Assembly: GCF_009914755.1 (NCBI RefSeq)
Contig: NC_060928.1
From: the human T2T-CHM13v2.0 reference genome, Homo sapiens
Length of the DNA stretch: 64,000 bases
Direction: 5' to 3' (one strand)
Numbering within the stretch: the first letter of the stretch is position 1; each line of letters starts with the position of its first letter. The notes beneath the pieces are model-generated. The model was not told the origin of the DNA, ran no database searches, and saw nothing but the letters and a program-made list of their open reading frames with translations. The translations under genes and the position numbers were made by a program. This document shows positions 56,524 to 64,000 of this stretch, in pieces.

Positions 56524-58304
56524 GTAGCATTTGTATGGACGTTGGGATGGAAGCTTCCCAAGTTCTGGGATGCCGCTTCAGCATCAGAATGGAGAAGTTC
56601 AAAGACTCTCAAGGCCACATACCAAGTTCTCTAGGGGTTCTTCTCTCTCCAGGATGTGCCTATCAGTGTTCAGGCAGAAGGCAGCATAACACTTTCAAAA
56701 GGATTTCACTATGGAAGGTCAAATGAAAGAACTGTATTAAAGGTGCAGGTGGGGTGAAAAGAACCATGCAGGGATGCTGAAGTATCCAAGGACTAGCAAC
56801 AGCAGGAATGCTTCACCATCCCAAATCCTGAAAAGGAGGAGAGGCAGTGGTGGTTGCAAAGTGCAGTGAAGAACTGGAGACTTGGCAGAGGGACCAGCCT
56901 ACAGGAACTACACCTGCAGAAGAGCTCAGCCACTGCCAGAAGTAGGGAAGAAGCCAGGACTGTGAATCCCCTGACCACCCTCTTCTACCTTTCAGTCTCC
57001 TATTTATACCCCTCACTGGTCAAAGCCCATGACTCCAGGTGCCCAGATAGTCTTGGTGATGCAGTGCACAGAGATGAACTTCTTGGGCAAAACTCAGAAC
57101 AGACAGGGATAGAAGATGGATGGGAGCCAGGAGAGAGGGTAGGAGCAACGGAAATCAACCAGCACAGGGCTCCCCTCCCAGATCTCTTCCTTCTCTAGTC
57201 TCTCTAAAACTCCACACAGCTTATGCAATAAAACTGGCTTCCTGTTTTTACTGGTTCCTTGAATGCATACAGCAGAAGGAACATTTTTCCAGAGCTGTGT
57301 AATTTATGCACAAGGAACCCTTGAGTCTCAGATGTGGCCCAGCTCCACTTACAAAAAAATTGCATGGGATCTTGGAGTGAAGTCCTTGGACTGATGAACA
57401 GAGGGTTTTTGCCACAGTGTCCCTCCTAAGTCCCTCTCCTAAACTTGCAACAGCAACAAACAGCTGGTGGAGATTTAGGAGTTCAAGATTCTAACCTAGT
57501 AGCTTTCCAGCTCATCATGAGTTAAATACTCTTCTTACCCCTTTAGAGGTAACAATACTGAGGCTCAGAGCAATTGAGCAATTTGCCCATGACAAGCCTT
57601 AATAAATGTGGGATATTCTAGCTCTGCCCATCCACCTCCAATGCCCATGCCCTGTCATGAGCACACACACATGCACTCCCCTGCCTCTCAAGGCCTCTTC
57701 TTTAAGACATGTTTTCACAGCAAGATCATTGCATTATGGAGGAAATGCAATATCCACAATTATCTTCCTTTGATCCTAGCAAACATCATTTTCCTCTGAC
57801 CTTAGCTGGGAGCTAAGCCTGTCACAATCATGACTGGCTTACTCATGATCAAAATATTCAGTGCGGCCAGAACATGCAGCTCGGCAAACTCTAAGGAGTC
57901 CCAAATATAACAACCTACTTTGCTCTGCCCAAGGAACAGAGACTGGCCCCAAAGGATTGATGCTGACCCTCTGCATTTGGTTTAGTTCCACAAAAGGAAC
58001 CTAGGCAATCTTTTAGCATCATCGTTGTACTATCATGCTTAGAAAAATCCAGGCAGTCTAAATTCCTCTATACACACTACACATTCTTGTCAAGATTAAT
58101 CCTAACAGAAGCCAGGAGCAAGTAGGACCACACATTCCACAGGCCTTGTGTGTCCCCTAATGTGGTTTGTAGATCAGCCTGAGACATGCCAAATATATTG
58201 GGTAACTGAAGACTCTTTTGAAAGAAAAAAAAACATAAAATTTGCAGTGCTGTACCATGGTTTTCAAGAGACTCATTGATCCCTTTTTATTTCTGCTCTG
58301 CATC

Positions 58305-58518
58305 ACTGTTTCCTAAATTTGGTAGGAATCTTGCACTTTGAGCCAGATCCTTCTTTTTTTAAGGGCTGTCCTGTGCATCATAGGACATTAGCAGCATCCC
58401 TGGCCTCTACCCACTAGATGCTAGTAGCATCTCCACCCAACCACGTGAGTCATCACAAGCAACAATATCTCCCATCATTGCCAAATGTCTCCTGGGGGGT
58501 CAAAATTGAGAACCACTT
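58305..58518. mobile_element. MER20
   Basis: gggctgtcctgtgcat...catccctggcctctacccactagatgctagtagca...ttgagaaccact. Confidence 0.85.
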
Positions 58519-58977
58519 GTGAACCATATCTGTACAGTCTTGTCATGGTGAGAGAGTCTACTCAGCCCCCCAAATCTACTTTTTCCAACTGACCTTTATT
58601 TACAGAAATGACCCCATAGCTGCTCCTCATTTCAGGTATGATATCTCTTCCCTTGTGAGAATCCCAAGTTAAAGAGACTCCATCCTGGAAGGTGTACAGG
58701 AAGAGCAAGAAACTGTGCCCTCATCCAAATTCTCTTTTACTATAGCCAGGATTTTTTAAAATGTTTTCTAAGATACAAAAATCACCAAGTCTCCTATTTC
58801 TAAGAATTTACTCCAAGAAAATAATTAATAATGTGTGCAAAGGTTTAATTGCAGAAAGAGCCCTGCAGCAAAGCTTGCAATATGGAAAATTGAGAAATAG
58901 CCTCAACATGGGTGAAATGAGCTGTGATACACTCATCCAATGAAACAGAGTCATAAAAAATGATGAGGATGCCCCAC

Positions 58978-59085
58978 CAGGCACAAGAGCTTGCACCTGT
59001 AGTTCCAGCTGCTGGGGAGGACTGCTTGAGCTCAGGAGTTGAGGCCAGTCTGGGCAACATAGGGAAACCCTGTCTTTAAAAAAAA
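58978..59085 (+). mobile_element. Deleted FLAM/FAM
   Basis: cacctgtagttccagct...gaggccagtctgggcaacatagggaaaccctgtct. Confidence 0.8.
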
Positions 59086-60254
59086 GAGGATGGAAATGTA
59101 TTGGCACCATAAGATATTCACAAAATATTAACTAAACAAAGTAGATGACTGAGGAATATTTTCAGTACTCATTTCATTTTTAAAGTCTGTTTGCCCATAT
59201 GCATAGAAAAAGTCTAAATTAAAATATTAATGGGGAATTTTAAATCTCTACTCTTTTGACCTTTATTTTTAATTTTTATAATAAACATTGTACTCATTTT
59301 ACATAAAATATTTTATGTATGCTCTTAGGCTAGTTGCATATTATTTTGTTTCCAAAAATTGCAGAGAAAATGTCTAAGGAGAGAGAAATAAAACTCTTAG
59401 GAGTTGAAGTGTAAAACACGATATCATTCTTAAAGTTTCCTGGTGGCGTACCTGGATGTCTATTCCAGAGGATTTTTTAAAGCAAGATTACCACCAAGTA
59501 ATACTAGTTTATATGTTTTTAAATTGTTTCTTCCTAACTAGAACAGGGAGGGAAATTAGTCTTGAGTTTACATCATTTTATTGAGTTTTTCTTAGTCCAG
59601 AACTATGAACCCAATGGGTTACAACAGTATGAAGTCATTCAGAACCAATGCATTTGTCAGATGGCAAAGGCATTTATGAGCAGCTATATGAAGAAGACTG
59701 AATTCATGGCTTCACTCCAGTGCCATCATGGAGGTGGCAGAACTTACCGAAGTAAAGACTTGCCCAATATAGTTAGGGTTCCAAAAAATGATCTGCTAGC
59801 ACTAAAAGGAGAAAAATCATAAACTCTAAGGGGTTGCATAGATGCTCTTTCATTACAAAAGTACTATCTTTTACAAGATTGTGAGATGCTGCCTTGGTGG
59901 AAATAAACAAGAAAAAACAAAGTCTCAGTGATCTATTCCAACCACAGTTTCAGATAAATTTGGCACCACTGAGCATCCCCATTGTTACTGAAACAGAAAA
60001 CACTCAGGTCTTACTATTATTATTACTCCAGAACAACAAAGAGAGTTGCAAGGATTTTCTACAGAAAACATCCAGGTCTTACTACATGTAGAACTAAAAT
60101 TAAAGCACAGCCTCCTGAGATGTCCCAGTTGGTCAGAATATTGACAAATAATAACTAGAAGGTTAGTATGTGAGATGGTCAGGGCCCAGAAGCCATATAT
60201 CCATCAATATATCAAGGTGTGTCCACACAAGGAGTTGCCCACCTGATTCCCTTT

Positions 60255-60380
60255 TAGGGTTGCCAGATAAAATTCAGAAGATTCAAATATAAATTTCACA
60301 TAACAATCATTTAGTAGAAAACTGTCTCAAATATTTAACTGGGTGTCCTGTATTCCTTTTTGCTAAATTTGGCAACTCTA
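60255..60380. mobile_element. MER53 palindromic DNA element
   Basis: TIRs tagggttgccagat ... atttggcaactcta. Confidence 0.75.
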
Positions 60381-61659
60381 AATTATGAACAAAAATTCAC
60401 CTACAAAAACATAAATATGAGTCCAACTAACTTTTTGGAAGGCCGTGCATATAATTTCTCATATAACAAGAAGTAATTGTTCTTTTGAGAAGGGATTCTT
60501 AGCTTCCTAAAACAGTTTTAAAGGGCCAAAGTTAGCTGGATGAGAAAGCCATTAGAGAATCTTTTGGGTGGAAAGTCAGAAGACAAGATCTAGCCCCAGG
60601 AATTCCAATAATCAGCTTTGTGTGACTTTTAGACAAATCACCTAAATCCTTTAAGCCTCTGATTCCACACTGGATTGGTGGTGGAAAGTAAGTGCTGTCT
60701 TTCTCCAAACTCATGGCAGACATTGGTAATAGATAGAAGCATTTCTTCCCACTGTGCCCCAGGGCAGCCTCAGAATTCTCAACAAAGTCTCCAGGTCCAT
60801 CCATCAACAAGCATGTACCCTTGAGATGAAATCAACTTGCCTTCCCTGAATTAAAGGAGCCTTTGGTTACCCTTCCAGTTCTAACGAAAGTTTGGAAACT
60901 CTTGTATTCTAATTCAATAGGCAAGGCTATACCTAGTTTTGCACTCCCAATTAAAAGCAAAACTTGGCAACTGCCTTCTGAAATCGCTATTTTACAAAAT
61001 CAGAGCAGGAGTAATGGGTGCTGGAGTTCTGCTTGGACCAGGCCTTATAGGCCATTACTTCCAGCTGAGTGGCTCCAACAGCCCTCCAGGGCCTTGGTGG
61101 AGGCCAGGGTAGATCCTGACACTGGCCCTCAGTGAAGAACTTGACTCCACTCTGCTTCACGTCTCTGCTTCTTTTGCATCCATGGGCTTCTCATACCACT
61201 CACAGGTTTCCTCACCCTGTTATCTGCCTTTTCTACAGCATGGATTCTGATTTCTCATCATTTCAATCTCTGCTGGCATCTCCCAGCCCAGCTCTAGTTC
61301 ATGACATGTTCTTTGCTTTAGCTCCAATTGCTCAATCCCTGCTGACTCTTTCTTCATGTCTCAGTTCAAATCCCCAGAGTGAGGATCTCATGTTTGGCAG
61401 GCCCCTGTTTATCAAAGAGCCAGCCTGGGGATTGGCTGCAGCTGATCCACACCCTCCTTCGGTCCCATCAGCTAGGACTGTGAATACTGGTATAAAGCAC
61501 AGTTGCCTGCTCAAAGCCCATCAGCACGAGATGTAGGCAGTTTTGTTTTGTTTTTTTTCCAAAAGTGTGTCATCAGGTAGGCATTGCGATGTTCAGTTCA
61601 TAATTTCACAGGGTCTTTGCAAGAACAAAATGTGGTAATATATGTAAAAAATGACAATT

Positions 61660-62117
61660 TTAGCAGATTTCCCCCAAAAGCAGACTCTGAGACAAGGACT
61701 TGAGTATAAGTGGTTATTTGGGAGTTGCAGGAAACACCAATAGGGTAGTGAGGAAGCAACAGAGCAACAATAACTGTGTCTGTAAGCTAACTGCCATTGT
61801 GGTTGATTGAAGCTCATCCCAAGGAGCTGCCCAGGAGAACAGGATAACACACACCGAATCAGCTCACCCAAAAAGGGAGGAAGCCGGAGTGTTTAAAGAC
61901 CAACTCCCAAGAGTCATTGGCTGAGGACCGCTCTCAGGATCAATATTTTTCCAGCACTTTGAGAGTGCCTTTGGTGCTCAGGTAAAGTGACTTTGCAGGG
62001 TTCTGAAAAAAGGCTTCAGGCACAGAGATGGAGATAAGACAGTTAAAAATCTATCAAAGCACCCTGAATTGGTTAATGCAAGGGATATGGAAGAGGCAAT
62101 GACTTCATCTGCCACCG
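61660..62117 (-). mobile_element. ERVL LTR (LTR16/LTR33-like)
   Basis: aaaagcagactctgagacaaggacttgagtataagtggttatttgggag. Confidence 0.6.
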
Positions 62118-62235
62118 TACTTGGTCAACCCTCAAATAAATGTTGGCCCCACAAGAGAAGGGGGTATTGTCTGCTTAGTTCCCTGTACCTGAAACTGCCT
62201 GGTGCATAATCAAAGCTCAGTAAATATTGGTAGGA

Positions 62236-62270
62236 TGAATGAATGAATGAATGAATGAATGAATGAATGA
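62236..62270. repeat. (GAAT)n at an L2 3' tail
   Basis: Follows ctcagtaaatattgg. Confidence 0.9.
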
Positions 62271-63660
62271 AGAAATGTCTATATAAATGAATGAATTATT
62301 TGGACAATTGTTGGAGATCTTTTCTATTTGTTTTTCTTCTCTTGTGAATAAAGAGGTAACGGGATGGGAGAGGGTAAAGGGGAGCAGCTGGGGGACACAG
62401 AACCACCTTGTACCAAAAGAAGCCTGAGTTTTAAGACCAACACTTTTTGCACAACTACCATGACTTAGGCAAAGCAGAACAAAACATCTCTCTCCTACAC
62501 ACTCCTCAAGTTGAATTTTAATGATTTTTTTCTACTATTTCCCCCTTATATTCATTTCAGTTTGGTTTCAGCTGCATAAGTTGTTGAGGGCTGTATCTGT
62601 CTCCTTTCCCTGGTCCTGTATCCCCAAGGACAACCCTGAGCCCCACTCTTACCTAAACCCTACACCAACAACATCACAAGCAAGCCTGCAGTCATTAGAA
62701 TTGTGAGGGGACAATATTAATCCACCTCCACTGATAGGATTTGAGAAGGGCTTCCATTTAATCCCACTCCTCACCCCTGAGGGTGCCAAGCCAATTGAGA
62801 AATGCACACAGAAGCCACATATGTACCAAAATACTTGTCTTCCTACTGGTAGCACCAAATCAGAGAGAGCAACTTGGATATGAGGATGAAACAAACTTCC
62901 CAGTAGTTGCCTCCAGGTCTAGACCTGATTAGCATCCCACAACAGAAACTTTTCCATTCAGCCTCAAAGAGAACAGAGGTCTCCCTCCCCTCAAATCAAG
63001 CTCATAGAACCCAAGAGAGGCCACATGTGCAAGTGACTTTTTACACACAGCCCACTCCCAACACAGAGCCCAGGGGGTACCAGACTCTTGCCATCTCACC
63101 AATCAGAGAAATCCCTCCTCCTCCCTCCACCAGAAGGAGCCATGGAGAGGTAAGCCACTAATTATTAAGAGAGTGGAAGTTCCTATCTTTCAGAGCAGCA
63201 GGAACTCAGGGAAAGGAACAAAAATTGTGCCTTCCCTACCACATCTATGAGAAAAGCCTGATCTAAAAACATATTTACCTTTTAATTCTCAGTGACCAGA
63301 TAGGGGCAAGTGCACCACTGGATACAGTGAGGGGCTTGCTCTACAGAAGAGTCATTTTCAGTTCCTCTTTCCTCCTGTTACACAGCTATCAATGCATTCA
63401 GGTCTGTGCAGAAACCATACGTTCTTCACTAGCTAGGGCCAGACCTTCTGCTCCTTCATCTCTCACACTAAGATTGTTAGTGAACTCTGCAGTGAATGCT
63501 CAGCCAGAGTTTGGAAATGTCATCTTACAAGCTCTAATATGTCAAGGAGAAAACTGTTTCTTTGGGAATGTTTCTTCCTAACCAAGATAAGAAAACAGTA
63601 ATTTTGCTTTTGCTTCAAGGCATACTTTGATGGCAGGAGAATCCAGTTTACTTTTTAAGG

Positions 63661-63679
63661 TACTGACCTCTAGTGGCCA
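63661..63679 (-). promoter_or_regulatory. CTCF-like motif
   Basis: Reverse complement TGGCCACTAGAGGTCAGTA, one mismatch to core CCASYAGRKGGCRS. Confidence 0.45.
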
Positions 63680-64000
63680 GCAACAATAACTACTCTATTA
63701 GAGACCATTTCCAGAGATTATGTAAAATCCAAGTGCGGGCTAGGAGAAACTTTAGAAATCAACTTTCTCTGCCCACCTCATATTCCAGAAGAGGAAACAG
63801 AGATCCATAAACGATGAGGGCCTTGTCAGTGGTCGCTAAGATGGGACTAGAGTCAAGGTCTTCTGTCTTCCATGTGGATCTCCTCCCATTGCCTAGTATA
63901 CATTTATTAAAGCTACTTAGTCATATACACTGTAATTCATAAACAATTAGAGTAAAAATGACATTTCGTTATCAGATAATCCCTCTGTGGTTTCCTGCAA

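Noticed and set aside
56291-56618. Lys/Arg-rich and Phe-rich ORFs
   Set aside because: Translations of the (AAAAG)n and poly(A) repeats.

Overview
This is mammalian (apparently human/primate) repeat-rich DNA containing the 3' part of C1QTNF7 (CTRP7) on the + strand. The gene has a probable non-coding first exon (~33930-34028), coding exon 2 (41658-41903, ATG at 41666) and a terminal exon (48084 onward, stop ending 48715), giving 289 aa: signal peptide, Gly-X-Y collagen and gC1q domain. A long 3' UTR probably ends near AATAAA at 52066. The rest is Alu, L1/HAL1, L2, MIR, LTR and DNA-transposon relics, and microsatellites; nearly all other listed ORFs are chance or repeat-derived. I found no convincing new multi-gene system. 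The best leads are an SVA2-type retroposon with a 21-bp TSD in the 3' UTR, two local templated duplications (one splitting a MIR, one split by an LTR), an overlapping uORF, a divergent antisense first exon around a MEF2 site, a stop-free 246-nt symmetric exon flanked by inverted Alus, and a KDEL-like C-terminus. Repeat family names come from recalled consensus sequences, not a database search.
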